A DNA stretch of 64,000 nt from an uncultured Pelagibacteraceae bacterium (GTDB lineage Bacteria; Pseudomonadota; Alphaproteobacteria; Pelagibacterales; Pelagibacteraceae): contig CACJZL010000003.1 in NCBI GenBank assembly GCA_902597865.1, positions 12,934 to 76,933 on the forward strand, written 5' to 3'. Shown one piece after another: positions 23,475 to 33,636 of the stretch; the first letter of the stretch is position 1; each line of letters starts with the position of its first letter. A program made the position numbers and the translations under genes. The notes beneath the pieces were generated by a model that did not search any database, was not told the DNA's origin, and was given only the letters and a program-made list of their open reading frames with translations.

Positions 23475-24197
23475 TTAATCTTCTTCCCCAAAATTCGAGT
23501 AAACCCTTTGAACATCATCGTCATCATCTAATAATTCTATAAGTTTTTTTGTGTCTTCTTTATTCTCACCTTCGCTGAAGACCTTGTTTAATGGAATCCA
23601 CTCAATATCTGTTGATAAAAAATTTTCAACATGAGACTCAATTTTTTTTTTTATAGAATAAATATCTTCAAAGCCGCAATGTATCTCATGAAAATTTTCA
23701 AAGGAAAAGCATTCATCTGCACCAGCATCAATTGCTAGTTCAAAAATTTTATCGTCTTTAATTTCATTTATGTCTATTCTAATTACGCCAATTTGTTTAA
23801 AATTGTGAGCTGCAGAACCTTGGGTACCCAAATTACCACCATTTTTTTGAAAAATTGTTCTTAATTTTGAAGCAGTTCTATTTTTGTTATCTGTAAGTGC
23901 TTCAACAATTATAGCAACTTTATCTTTACCAAAACCTTCGTATCTTATCTTTTCAAAATTTGATTGGTTTAATGATTTCGATTTATCAATGGCTCTCTCG
24001 ATGTTATCTTTTGGCATGTTTGAAGATCTTGCTGCTTGAATAGCGGATCTAAGTCTCGGGTTCATTAAAGGATCTTTATCTCCAAGTTTAGCAGCTACAG
24101 TAATCTCTCTAGAAAGTTTTGAGAAAATCTTCGACCTTTCTTTATCTGCTCTACCTTTTTTATGTTTTATACCAGCCCAATGAGAATGTCCTGCCAT
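23475..24197 (-). CDS. yebC: YebC/PmpR family protein
   Basis: MAGHSHWAGIKHKKG, NPRLR, MPKDNIERAI, YEGFG, LTDNKNRT, DDDDVQRVYSN. Confidence 0.96.
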   Translation of the reverse strand: MAGHSHWAGIKHKKGRADKERSKIFSKLSREITVAAKLGDKDPLMNPRLRSAIQAARSSNMPKDNIERAIDKSKSLNQSNFEKIRYEGFGKDKVAIIVEALTDNKNRTASKLRTIFQKNGGNLGTQGSAAHNFKQIGVIRIDINEIKDDKIFELAIDAGADECFSFENFHEIHCGFEDIYSIKKKIESHVENFLSTDIEWIPLNKVFSEGENKEDTKKLIELLDDDDDVQRVYSNFGEED

Positions 24198-24198
24198 A

Positions 24199-25005
24199 TT
24201 ATTTTGAATTATTTAAAACACCCCCAACAATTATACTATTAATATTTTTAGCAAGTCCTGAAATTTCATCACAATCTACCATAACACCCGATAAAGAGCC
24301 ATCCCCCAAAGATGGATAATGTTTTTCAGAATCTTGTTTAAAGAATCTTTTTAATGAGTTTTCTTTATTCATCCCAATTACTGAGTCATAGTCACCACAC
24401 ATTCCGGAGTCTGTGATATACGCAGTCCCACCTTTTAAAACTCTTGCGTCATTTGTTGGAATGTGCGTGTGAGTACCAGTAACTAATGTTGCTTTACTAT
24501 CAAACAAATGTCCCATTGCCATTTTTTCTGAAGTAGTTTCACAATGCAAGTCAACTACTAAAAAGTCATAATCTTTTTTGAGTTGGTATTTTTTTTGAAA
24601 ATTTTCAGCTGTTTTGAAAACATCTTCACTTTTCCTCATGAAAACATTTCCCATTAAATTTAGTACACCTATTTTAAAATTTTTTGATGTTCGATAAATT
24701 TCAAATCCTTTTCCTGGCGATATTCCAATTAAATTAAATGGTCTAAGAAGTCTGTTATCATCCTCAACGAGTTTTAAAGTTTCTTTATGATCCCAAACAT
24801 GATTTCCAGTTGTGAGTACATTTACTCCAAATTTCATTAAATTGTCTAAAACATCTTTTGTAATACCTACTCCGTTATGAGCTGCGTTTTCACCATTTGC
24901 TATGACAAAATTTATTTTATTATCCTCAACTATTTTTTTAAGGTGTTTTTTTACAACCATGCAACCCGATGGTCCTACAATGTCGCCTAAAAATAAAATT
25001 TTCAT
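24199..25005 (-). CDS. ymdB: YmdB-family metallophosphoesterase
   Basis: ILFLGDIVG, NGENAA, TGNH.WD, DLHCETTSEK, GTHTH.PT.D, D.GMCG. Confidence 0.92.
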   Translation of the reverse strand: MKILFLGDIVGPSGCMVVKKHLKKIVEDNKINFVIANGENAAHNGVGITKDVLDNLMKFGVNVLTTGNHVWDHKETLKLVEDDNRLLRPFNLIGISPGKGFEIYRTSKNFKIGVLNLMGNVFMRKSEDVFKTAENFQKKYQLKKDYDFLVVDLHCETTSEKMAMGHLFDSKATLVTGTHTHIPTNDARVLKGGTAYITDSGMCGDYDSVIGMNKENSLKRFFKQDSEKHYPSLGDGSLSGVMVDCDEISGLAKNINSIIVGGVLNNSK

Positions 25006-25544
25006 TTGTAAATTCTTTTTTCAGTAATTATGAAATCCATTTTTTTATCATATTTATCAACTGGCACTTTATTAATTTTTTGACAAGAAAGAGCAAGTCC
25101 GATTTTAACACAGTTATTTTGTTTCTCAATTTTTTGAATAAACCTGTCATAGAAACCTCCTCCATAACCAAGTCTATTTAAGTTAGAGTCAAAAGCTAAC
25201 ATCGGAATTATTAATGTAGAAGGAGTTATTTTTCTTCCCTTTAAAGGCTCTAAGATACCAAATCTATTTATTATTAAAGGCTCATTAGGACTCCAGCTAT
25301 AAAAAGACATCTCAATTTTATTTTTAATTATAGGTAAAGAAATTATAAATTTTTTCCTAATTAATCGATTCATTAATTCTAAAGTAGATAACTCATCACC
25401 AAACGGATAATACAATCCAACTCTTTTGTTGGGAGATTGCTGCTCAATCAATTTTATTATTGCCTCAGAATTTACTGTGATTTTTTTTTTGGTGAATTTT
25501 GATCGAATTTTAGATATTTTTTTTCTTAATTGAAATTTGTTCAC
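25002..25544 (-). CDS. ygfA: 5-formyltetrahydrofolate cyclo-ligase
   Basis: K..LRK N-terminus, FGILEP, P.LAFD....RLGYGGGFYDR, D..MD.IITE. Confidence 0.93.
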   Translation of the reverse strand: MNKFQLRKKISKIRSKFTKKKITVNSEAIIKLIEQQSPNKRVGLYYPFGDELSTLELMNRLIRKKFIISLPIIKNKIEMSFYSWSPNEPLIINRFGILEPLKGRKITPSTLIIPMLAFDSNLNRLGYGGGFYDRFIQKIEKQNNCVKIGLALSCQKINKVPVDKYDKKMDFIITEKRIYK

Positions 25545-25552
25545 TACTAAAT

Positions 25553-25990
25553 CTAATTTTTAAGATTAACTCGTTCAACGAATTCCTCTATTTCTTTTGC
25601 AGTGTTAGAAATTAATTGATCATAATTATTGTTTATTTTATCAAGCTCTTTTTGCAAGTTGTTGATATCATTGTTCAATTTAGTTGCTTCATCTTCTTTT
25701 TCATCCTTGTAGCCGTATACAAGAGATTTCAGTTCTTTAAATTTTTCAGTTAGATTAGTTAATTCTACCTTTTTTTTCTCAACATTTTTTTTGGTATCAA
25801 AATACTCATCCATCACTTTAATAGCAGTGATCAATAATAATTTATTTTCACCTATGTTCCCCAAGTCATTTTTCAATTTTTCAAATTTATCGTTTAAATT
25901 TGCTGCTAACTCTTCAAGATGATCCTCTTGACCATCTTCACATGAAAGAAGAAAGTCTTTTCCATTAAACTTAATATTTACATTTGCCAT
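25553..25990 (-). CDS. zapA: Cell division protein ZapA
   Basis: V.I..NG..F.L.C.DGQE.HL..LA, GE..LL..TA..VMDE plus coiled coil; upstream of ygfA. Confidence 0.9.
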   Translation of the reverse strand: MANVNIKFNGKDFLLSCEDGQEDHLEELAANLNDKFEKLKNDLGNIGENKLLLITAIKVMDEYFDTKKNVEKKKVELTNLTEKFKELKSLVYGYKDEKEDEATKLNNDINNLQKELDKINNNYDQLISNTAKEIEEFVERVNLKN

Positions 25991-26301
25991 TTTTCAATCT
26001 CATCAAGTAAAGTATCTGTTTCTTGATTTAATTCATCAATTTTTTCGTCAAACTCTAATCTTTTCAATCTATCTTCTTTTTTTTCAACCATCATTTGTTT
26101 GATTTTGACTTGAAGATTGCCGTGTTCATCACTTAAATTTTTGTATTTTTTTTCCAATTCATTTTTTTCAATTTGTAATTGATTTTTTTGATCAACTAAT
26201 TCTTTAATGTCTCCAGATATCTGGTCATTTTTTAGATCAAGTTTTTTTAATTTCTTAAGTGCGTCTTCAAGTTTTTTTTCTTTTTCGCTGATATATTTCA
26301 T
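25978..26301 (-). CDS. Coiled-coil protein upstream of zapA (ZauP/ZapB/DUF4164-like)
   Basis: Continuous heptad pattern; position between zapA and divergent tkt matches alphaproteobacterial synteny. Confidence 0.6.
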   Translation of the reverse strand: MKYISEKEKKLEDALKKLKKLDLKNDQISGDIKELVDQKNQLQIEKNELEKKYKNLSDEHGNLQVKIKQMMVEKKEDRLKRLEFDEKIDELNQETDTLLDEIEKWQM

Positions 26302-26351
26302 ATATATATAATTATATATTAATGAGTCTCTTAGTCTAGATAGGAATATTT

Positions 26352-28286
26352 TTGAAAATAAAACATAAAGATTTAGCTAATGCTGTAAGATTTCTATCTT
26401 TAGATGCTGTTGAAGCAGCAAATTCTGGTCATCCTGGAATGCCAATGGGAATGGCTGATGTTGCCACAGTTTTATTTAAAAACTTTTTACGATTTAATCC
26501 TAAAGATCCTAGTTGGTTTAATAGAGATAGGTTCGTTCTTTCTGCTGGTCATGGGTCTATGCTTCTTTACTCACTTTTATATTTAACTGGTTACAAAAGT
26601 GTTTCTATAGATGACATTAAAAACTTTAGAAAACTTGATTGTATTTGTGCAGGACATCCTGAATATCATTCTAATTCAGGAATAGAGACTACGACTGGAC
26701 CATTAGGACAAGGTATATCAAATGCTGTGGGTTTTGCGCTTGCTGAAGAAATATTAAAAAAGAGGTTAGGAAAAAAAAAGATAGATCATAAAACTTATGT
26801 CTTGGCAGGCGATGGATGCCTTATGGAAGGAATAAGCCATGAAGCCTTAAGTTTTGCGGGTCATTTAAAATTAAAAAATTTGATACTTCTTTTTGATAAT
26901 AATTCAATCTCGATTGATGGCCCTACTAATCTTGCTGTTTCTGATAATACAAAAAAAAGATTTGAGAGTTATGGTTGGAGCTATTTAGAAATAGATGGTC
27001 ATAATGATAAACAAATTTTTACAGCATTAAAAAAAGCTCAAAATTCAAAAAAACCATTTGCTATTTCTTGTAAGACTACAATTGGTTATGGCTCACCAAA
27101 TAAAAGTGGGAAAGCATCATCTCATGGAAGCCCGCTAGGTACCGATGAGGTAAAGCTAGTAAGAAAAAAATTAAAATGGAATTATGAGCCTTTTAAGATC
27201 CCAGAAAAAATTTTAAGTGAGTGGAGAAAAATAGGGGAAAGCGCCTCTTCAAAAGCAGAAAAAAATAAATCATTTGAGCCTGAATTCAATTTTATTAACA
27301 ATGAGATTACAAGCGAAATAGAGCAAGTAAAAAATGATTATTTAAAATCACTAGAACCAATTGCAACTAGGAAATCCTCAGAAAAATTTTTAGATATAGT
27401 TTCAAAATTACCAAATTTAATCGGTGGCTCGGCTGATCTTGCAGGTTCAAATAATACAAAAACAAAAAATCATAAAATAATTAAGCCAGGAGATTTTGGG
27501 GGAAACTATATTCATTATGGAGTAAGAGAACACGCAATGTGTGGAATTATGAATGGAATCTCATTGCATAGTAATCTTATTCCATATGGTGGAACTTTTT
27601 TAATATTTAGTGATTATTGCAAGCCTTCCATCAGATTGGCTGCAATGATGGGCCAAAGGGTTATTTATGTTTTAACCCACGACTCAATTGGTCTTGGAGA
27701 AGATGGTCCAACCCATCAACCTGTTGAACAGCTCGCAATGTTGAGATCTATACCAAATTTAAATGTATTTAGACCATCCGATACCATTGAAACTTTTGAA
27801 TGTTGGCAGTTGGCTTTAGAAAGTAAAAATAAACCAAGTGTGATCGCTTTAACAAGACAAAAAATAGAACCTGTAAGAAAAGAGATGATCAATAACAATC
27901 TTTGCTCAAAAGGAGCTTATGAAATTTTAAGAAATGGAGATAATCTTAAGGTAACACTATTAGCGACAGGTTCTGAAACTGATCTCGCAATAAAAGTAAG
28001 TCATAAATTAGCCACAGAAAATATCTATTCAAAAGTTATATCAATGCCATGTCATGAAATATTTGATAATCAAAACCACGACTATAAAAAAGATATATTA
28101 CAACAAGATACGTTCAAAGTTTCTATAGAAGCATCGGAAACTAGTTATTGGAAAAAATATACAGGAACCAGTGGATTAAATTTAGGAATAGATAATTTTG
28201 GTAAAAGCGCACCTTATAAAGATATTTATGAACACTTTGAATTAAATGTTGAAAATATTGTACAAAAAATTAAGAAAAATTTATGA
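26352..28286 (+). CDS. tkt: Transketolase
   Basis: SGHPGMPMG, RDRFVLSAGHGSM, GDGCLMEG, GVREHAM, THDSIGLGEDGPTHQP. Confidence 0.98.
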   Translation: MKIKHKDLANAVRFLSLDAVEAANSGHPGMPMGMADVATVLFKNFLRFNPKDPSWFNRDRFVLSAGHGSMLLYSLLYLTGYKSVSIDDIKNFRKLDCICAGHPEYHSNSGIETTTGPLGQGISNAVGFALAEEILKKRLGKKKIDHKTYVLAGDGCLMEGISHEALSFAGHLKLKNLILLFDNNSISIDGPTNLAVSDNTKKRFESYGWSYLEIDGHNDKQIFTALKKAQNSKKPFAISCKTTIGYGSPNKSGKASSHGSPLGTDEVKLVRKKLKWNYEPFKIPEKILSEWRKIGESASSKAEKNKSFEPEFNFINNEITSEIEQVKNDYLKSLEPIATRKSSEKFLDIVSKLPNLIGGSADLAGSNNTKTKNHKIIKPGDFGGNYIHYGVREHAMCGIMNGISLHSNLIPYGGTFLIFSDYCKPSIRLAAMMGQRVIYVLTHDSIGLGEDGPTHQPVEQLAMLRSIPNLNVFRPSDTIETFECWQLALESKNKPSVIALTRQKIEPVRKEMINNNLCSKGAYEILRNGDNLKVTLLATGSETDLAIKVSHKLATENIYSKVISMPCHEIFDNQNHDYKKDILQQDTFKVSIEASETSYWKKYTGTSGLNLGIDNFGKSAPYKDIYEHFELNVENIVQKIKKNL

Positions 28287-29290
28287 AAACTAAAATTGGG
28301 ATAAACGGTTTAGGTAGAATTGGTAGAATGGTGGTTCGATCAATATTTGAAGAGGATCATTCTAACCTAAAAATACAACAAATAAATAATAGAGCTGACA
28401 TTGAGACTGCTTGTGCTTTACTGAAAAGAGATAGTATTCACGGAAAATTCAATGCTGAGATATCAATAGAAAAAAATCATTTAAATATTAATGGCAATAA
28501 AATTTATTATTCACAAAAAGATAAACTGGAAGAAATTAATTGGAAGGACAATGATGTTGATTTTGTACTTGAATGCACTGGTAAATTTAATTCTAAGGAG
28601 AAACTAATCCCACATTTAAGTAATGGAGCAAAAAAGGTTATTGTTTCAGCTCCATGCAAAAATGCTGATAAGACAATAGTATTTGGAGTTAACGAAAAAG
28701 AAATTAAGAAGGAAGATAAAATTATATCTGCCGCATCTTGTACAACCAATTGTCTTGCGCCAGTTGCCCATGTTTTAAATGAAAATTTTGAAATTGAAAA
28801 AGGTTTTATGACTACAATTCATTCTTATACAACTGATCAAAGGATTTTAGATAATTCACATAAAGATATAAGAAGAGCAAGAACAGCTAGTCAATCAATA
28901 GTACCAACCTCAACTGGTGCCTCAAAAGCGATTGGTGAAATCATACCTTCTTTAAAAGGAAAGCTGGAGGGTGTAGCAATGAGAATACCAACCCCAAACG
29001 TTTCTTTAATTGAATTAATATTTTGCTCCAAAAAAGATCTATCTGTTGAAAAAATTAATTCTGCCTTTAAAAACTTCAGCAAGAAACAGAAAATTAAAGT
29101 TTTAGAAATTACAGAGGAAAAACTTGTTTCAATTGACTTTAATCACAACCCAGCCTCCTCTATAGTGGATGCATCATTAACAAATGCTATTGGTAAAAAT
29201 ATGGGTAAAATTTCTGCTTGGTATGACAATGAGTGGGGCTTTTCAAATAGAATGTGTGATATTGCAGCTTATCTTCATAAAATTTCTTAA
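28283..29290 (+). CDS. gap: Type I glyceraldehyde-3-phosphate dehydrogenase (NADP-type signature residues)
   Basis: GINGLGRIGR, ASCTTNC catalytic motif, WYDNEWGF; in tkt-gap-pgk-fba operon. Confidence 0.95.
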   Translation: MKTKIGINGLGRIGRMVVRSIFEEDHSNLKIQQINNRADIETACALLKRDSIHGKFNAEISIEKNHLNINGNKIYYSQKDKLEEINWKDNDVDFVLECTGKFNSKEKLIPHLSNGAKKVIVSAPCKNADKTIVFGVNEKEIKKEDKIISAASCTTNCLAPVAHVLNENFEIEKGFMTTIHSYTTDQRILDNSHKDIRRARTASQSIVPTSTGASKAIGEIIPSLKGKLEGVAMRIPTPNVSLIELIFCSKKDLSVEKINSAFKNFSKKQKIKVLEITEEKLVSIDFNHNPASSIVDASLTNAIGKNMGKISAWYDNEWGFSNRMCDIAAYLHKIS

Positions 29291-30468
29291 TGAACAATAT
29301 AAAGGATCAAGAAAATATTAATCAAAAAGTAATATTATTAAGATTAGATTTAAATGTTCCATTAAAAAATGGAGTAATCACAGACCAAACAAGAATTGAT
29401 AAGATTTTACCTGTAATTAATTTTTTAATAAAAAAAAACTGTAAAGTAATCATAATTTCACACGTTGGGAGACCTAAAGGGAAAGTAAATGTAGAGCTTT
29501 CTTTGAAACCAATATGTGAAAATTTAGAGAGCAAATTAAACCAAAAGATTAAACTCGTTAATGAAAATATCTTTAAGATTAAAAAAGATGAATTATTTGA
29601 AAATTTTAATGGTCAAATTATATTTTTAGAAAATATAAGATTTTATGGAGAAGAAGAGAAAAATGATACAAAATTTTCAAAACACTTAGCAAGTCTAGCA
29701 GATCTTTATGTAAATGATGCTTTCTCTTGTTCACACAGAGCTCACGCTTCAATTAGTAAAATTACTGAATTTTTGCCGTCATTTGCTGGATTACAATTAG
29801 AAACTGAAATAAATGCACTCAAGAAATTAACGAGTGAAATTAAAAGACCAGTCACATGTATCATTGGAGGATCAAAAATTTCAACTAAGATTAATTTAAT
29901 TAAAAATTTAATACCAAAATTTGATACCATTATTATTGTTGGTGGAATGGCAAATAACATCTTAAGCTATAAAGGTAATTCAATAGGAAAATCAATAAAA
30001 GAAGCAAATTGTGAAAAAGAAATAGAAAATATTTTTAAAAGTTCTAATGATCACTCATGTTCAATAATTTATCCTAAGGATGTCAAAATTGGAAAAAGCA
30101 TGGATGACAAATCTCAAATTAAAGACTTAACTGAAGTATCGGCTGATGATTTTATTTTAGATATTGGTCCAAAAACTTTAAAGAAAATTGAGGATATTAT
30201 CGAAAATAGTAAAACTGTTTTGTGGAATGGTCCAGCGGGTTACTTTGAAAATCCAAATTTTGCTTTAGGTAGTTATGAAATTGCAAAAATGATTATTAAA
30301 AAAAATAAAGATAATTCAATTTATTCCGTTGCAGGGGGTGGAGATACAATTGCAGTGTTAAATCAAATAAATGCAATTAATGATTTTAATTTTGTTTCAA
30401 CTGCTGGTGGAGCTTTTTTAGAATATCTTGAAGGCAAAGAACTTCCTGGTATAAAAGCTCTAAATTAA
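29290..30468 (+). CDS. pgk: Phosphoglycerate kinase
   Basis: RLDLNVP, SHVGRPKG, LENIRF, NDAFSCSHRAHAS, WNGP.G.FE, GGGDT, STAGGAFLE. Confidence 0.97.
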   Translation: MNNIKDQENINQKVILLRLDLNVPLKNGVITDQTRIDKILPVINFLIKKNCKVIIISHVGRPKGKVNVELSLKPICENLESKLNQKIKLVNENIFKIKKDELFENFNGQIIFLENIRFYGEEEKNDTKFSKHLASLADLYVNDAFSCSHRAHASISKITEFLPSFAGLQLETEINALKKLTSEIKRPVTCIIGGSKISTKINLIKNLIPKFDTIIIVGGMANNILSYKGNSIGKSIKEANCEKEIENIFKSSNDHSCSIIYPKDVKIGKSMDDKSQIKDLTEVSADDFILDIGPKTLKKIEDIIENSKTVLWNGPAGYFENPNFALGSYEIAKMIIKKNKDNSIYSVAGGGDTIAVLNQINAINDFNFVSTAGGAFLEYLEGKELPGIKALN

Positions 30469-30469
30469 T

Positions 30470-31480
30470 ATGTCTGAACTAAATAATATTGTAAATAAAA
30501 TTCTTGAAAATGGTAAAGGGATCCTGGCTGCAGATGAAAGCACGGGAACAATGACAAAAAGGCTTGATGGTGTAGGTGTGCCCTCAACCCCAGAAAATAG
30601 ATTACTTTTTAGAGAAACTCTTTTTTGTTCATCAGAAATGAAAAATTGTATTGGCGGAGTCATACTCTACGACGAGACAATTAAACAGACATCCTCAAAA
30701 AAAAACAAGATACCAGAATTAATTGAGGGTATGGGATCTTGTGCAGGAATAAAAGTAGATACTGGTGCAAAAAGTTTAGCTGGGTCACCAAATGAAAAAA
30801 TTACAGAAGGGTTAGATGGTTTAAGGGACAGACTAAAGGAATATTTTAAACTTGGAGCAAAGTTCACTAAATGGAGAGGTGTTTACAATATATCAAAAGA
30901 TTTCCCGAGCAAATTATCTATTCATTCTAATGCACACGCGTTAGCTAGATATTCCGCATTAGTACAAGAATGTAATATGGTACCAATTGTTGAACCAGAG
31001 GTTTTAATGGATGGAGATCATTCAGCTAAAGAGTGTTTTCAAAAAACCTCCGAGGTCATTAAGAAGTGTTTTGAGGAGCTTATTCTTCATAAGGTTGATT
31101 TAAAAGGAGTAATATTAAAACCAAATATGATTCTAGCTGGAAATAAATCAAAGAAAAAAATCTCTAATGAAGAGGTAGCAAAATTGACTTTGGATTGCTT
31201 AAAAAGTTCTGTGCCCTCGGAAGTTACTGGTATAGCTTTTTTATCTGGTGGACAGTCAGAACTAGAGGCGACAGAAAATTTAAATTTAATAAATAAATTA
31301 AATAAGACTGGTTTTATAATGAGTTACTCATACGGACGAGCATTGCAACAAAGTGCTCTTAAATTTTGGTCTAAGAATATAAAAGATATTGAGGGAACCC
31401 AAAAAGTATTTAACCACAGAGCAAAAATGAATACTCTTGCTGCTAAAGGTAAATGGTCTAAAGAAATTGAGAGTCGATAA
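30470..31480 (+). CDS. Class I fructose-bisphosphate aldolase
   Basis: GKGILAADES, GIKVDTG, KWRGV, VPIVEPEV, ILKPNM (Schiff-base Lys), FLSGGQ, SYGRALQ. Confidence 0.96.
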   Translation: MSELNNIVNKILENGKGILAADESTGTMTKRLDGVGVPSTPENRLLFRETLFCSSEMKNCIGGVILYDETIKQTSSKKNKIPELIEGMGSCAGIKVDTGAKSLAGSPNEKITEGLDGLRDRLKEYFKLGAKFTKWRGVYNISKDFPSKLSIHSNAHALARYSALVQECNMVPIVEPEVLMDGDHSAKECFQKTSEVIKKCFEELILHKVDLKGVILKPNMILAGNKSKKKISNEEVAKLTLDCLKSSVPSEVTGIAFLSGGQSELEATENLNLINKLNKTGFIMSYSYGRALQQSALKFWSKNIKDIEGTQKVFNHRAKMNTLAAKGKWSKEIESR

Positions 31481-32072
31481 AAAAAAGTTTATTTATTTAA
31501 TTTCACCAAACAAAATAAATAAGAGTTTTTATAATAATTTAAAAATCGTTCTCAGTTCGAATTTAGTAAGTTTTTTTCAATTAAGACTTAAAAAGTATTC
31601 TTTAATAGAGAAAAAAAAAATTGGAATAAAAATCAAAAAAATTTGTAAAAAGTATAAGGTAAAATTAATAATAAATGATGATCCTTTTCTAGCAAAAAAA
31701 ATTGGCGCAGATGGTTGTCATTTGGGGCAAAATGATATGGTCATTCAAGAGGCAAGGAAAATATTAAAAAAAAAAATTATTGGTATCACGTGTCATAATT
31801 CCAAAAAATTGATTAGACATGCCATTAAAGACGGTACAAATTATATTGCTATAGGTGCTTTTTTCAAGTCAAAAACGAAAAAAGTAAATTACATTGCAAA
31901 ACCAAGTTTAATATCTTGGGTTAAAAGATTCACAAAAATACCCGTTGTTATAATTGGAGGAATAACTAATAAAAATTTTAGAAAACTTCTGTTGCATAAA
32001 CCAAACTTTTTAGCTATCTCAGGAGGCATTTGGGATAAAAAACCAGCAAAAGCAATTAGAGAATTTTTATGA
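31467..32072 (+). CDS. thiE: Thiamine phosphate synthase (ThiE/TenI family)
   Basis: QLRLK, IINDD, ADGCHLGQND, IG.TCH, Y.AIGAFF.S.TK, IGGIT. Start uncertain (TTG 31467 vs 31437). Confidence 0.85.
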   Translation: MRVDKKKFIYLISPNKINKSFYNNLKIVLSSNLVSFFQLRLKKYSLIEKKKIGIKIKKICKKYKVKLIINDDPFLAKKIGADGCHLGQNDMVIQEARKILKKKIIGITCHNSKKLIRHAIKDGTNYIAIGAFFKSKTKKVNYIAKPSLISWVKRFTKIPVVIIGGITNKNFRKLLLHKPNFLAISGGIWDKKPAKAIREFL

Positions 32073-32629
32073 AAATAAACGCTAATGAAATTAAAGTTGG
32101 AATGTTGATTGAATACAAAGATGATCTTTGGGAAATCTTAAAAACTCAACACGTCAAACCTGGTAAGGGTGGTGCTTTTTGCCAAGTTGAGATGAAAAGT
32201 ATAAATAAAAATACAAAGCTTAACGAGAGGTTCAGGTCTAACGATACGATAGAAAAGGCAAGTATAGAGAATATTGAGTTTAATTATTTGTATGACGATG
32301 AAATTAATTATTACTTTATAAATCAAAAAAATTTTGAACAAGTAGATGTTAAAAAAGATATAATAGGAGAAAAAGGCAAACTACTTAAAGAAAACTTAAA
32401 TGTCGATCTGATATTTCATGAGGATAAAGCTATAGGTATTGAGTTACCAAATCAGGTGCAATTTAAAATAAAAACAACTGATGTTGCGTTAAAAGGTCAA
32501 ACAGTCTCATCATCTTACAAACCTGCAATTTTAGAAAATGATATAAAAATTCAAGTTCCACCATTTATAGAAAGTGGGGATCAAATATTAGTAGATACAA
32601 GAACAATTGAGTATATAAAAAAATTATAA
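32069..32629 (+). CDS. efp: Elongation factor P
   Basis: HVKPGKGGAF loop (Lys34 type), YLY.D, KPA.LE, VP.FI..G. Confidence 0.96.
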   Translation: MKINANEIKVGMLIEYKDDLWEILKTQHVKPGKGGAFCQVEMKSINKNTKLNERFRSNDTIEKASIENIEFNYLYDDEINYYFINQKNFEQVDVKKDIIGEKGKLLKENLNVDLIFHEDKAIGIELPNQVQFKIKTTDVALKGQTVSSSYKPAILENDIKIQVPPFIESGDQILVDTRTIEYIKKL

Positions 32630-32631
32630 AC

Positions 32632-33372
32632 ATGAACTCAATTTCTCCGAACCTAAATTTAATGATAAAGTCCTGTGAAAAAGTTTCTAAAGTATTGATT
32701 AGAGACTTTGGAGAAGTTGAAAAACTTCAAGTTTCAATAAAGGGGCCAAAAAATTTTGTCACAAACTCAGATAGAAAAGTTGAAGATATGTTGGTTAATG
32801 AACTATCTAAATCAAAAAAAAAATATTCTTTTTTAACTGAGGAGAGTGGTTTCATTAAAAATGAAGATAAAGAAAACTTCTGGGTTATAGACCCAATAGA
32901 TGGCACAACAAATTTTATAAATGGTATACCCCATTTCTGTATTTCAGTTGGCTTAGTTTTAGATAATGAAATTATTTCTGGTGTAATATTTGATCCTATT
33001 AAAGACGAAATTTATTATGCAGAGAAAAATTCTGGTGCATACATGAATAATAAAAGTATACGAGTTTCAAAAAAAAGAGAAATTTCTGAATGTTTATTCT
33101 CATCTAATAGTAAAAAAATTTCTTCAGACGGTTTAACAATTCGAATTACGGGTAGTGCAGCATTAGATCTTGCCTACGTATCATGTGGAAGATTTGATGG
33201 AAGTTTCCACAAAAATTTAAGTTTATGGGACATTGCAGCAGGCTCAATATTAGTAAGAGAGGCTGGCGGAGTTTTAAGTGATATTGATTTAAAAAAAACT
33301 GAAAATATCAGCTTAATTGCATCCAACCAAAGTATTGAAAAAGAAATTAATAACAAAATTTCTATGTTTTAA
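32632..33372 (+). CDS. suhB: Inositol monophosphatase family (SuhB)
   Basis: WVIDPIDGTTNF, R..GSAALDL.YV..GR.DG, WDIAAG. Confidence 0.92.
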   Translation: MNSISPNLNLMIKSCEKVSKVLIRDFGEVEKLQVSIKGPKNFVTNSDRKVEDMLVNELSKSKKKYSFLTEESGFIKNEDKENFWVIDPIDGTTNFINGIPHFCISVGLVLDNEIISGVIFDPIKDEIYYAEKNSGAYMNNKSIRVSKKREISECLFSSNSKKISSDGLTIRITGSAALDLAYVSCGRFDGSFHKNLSLWDIAAGSILVREAGGVLSDIDLKKTENISLIASNQSIEKEINNKISMF

Positions 33373-33400
33373 TTGTTTTATAATTTTCATTTGCTATAAG
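33373..33400 (+). promoter_or_regulatory. Putative rpmE promoter TTGTTT-N16-(TG)TATAAG, 7 nt before ATG
   Basis: Extended -10 TGcTATAAG at 33392-33400; spacing places the start of transcription at or near the ATG. Confidence 0.45.
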
Positions 33401-33407
33401 TTCATCT

Positions 33408-33635
33408 ATGAAAAAAAAAATTCATCCAAACTATCATACTATCAAAGTAGAGATGACAGATGGATCTCAATTTGAAACTAAGTCTACATGGGGATCTGAA
33501 GGAGAGGTTTTAAAATTAGAAATTGATCCAAAATCTCATTCAGCTTGGACGGGTGGTAAGCAAAAGTTGCTAGATAAGGGAAGAGTAAGCAGATTCAACA
33601 AAAAATTCCAAAATTTCAAATCGAAGAGTAAATAA
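33408..33635 (+). CDS. rpmE: 50S ribosomal protein bL31 (no zinc-binding cysteines)
   Basis: [38 protein letters not shown]. Confidence 0.96.
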   Translation: MKKKIHPNYHTIKVEMTDGSQFETKSTWGSEGEVLKLEIDPKSHSAWTGGKQKLLDKGRVSRFNKKFQNFKSKSK

Positions 33636-33636
33636 A

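Noticed and set aside
30470-31480. Eukaryote-like class I aldolase as a horizontal transfer
   Set aside because: This aldolase type is common after pgk in alphaproteobacteria.
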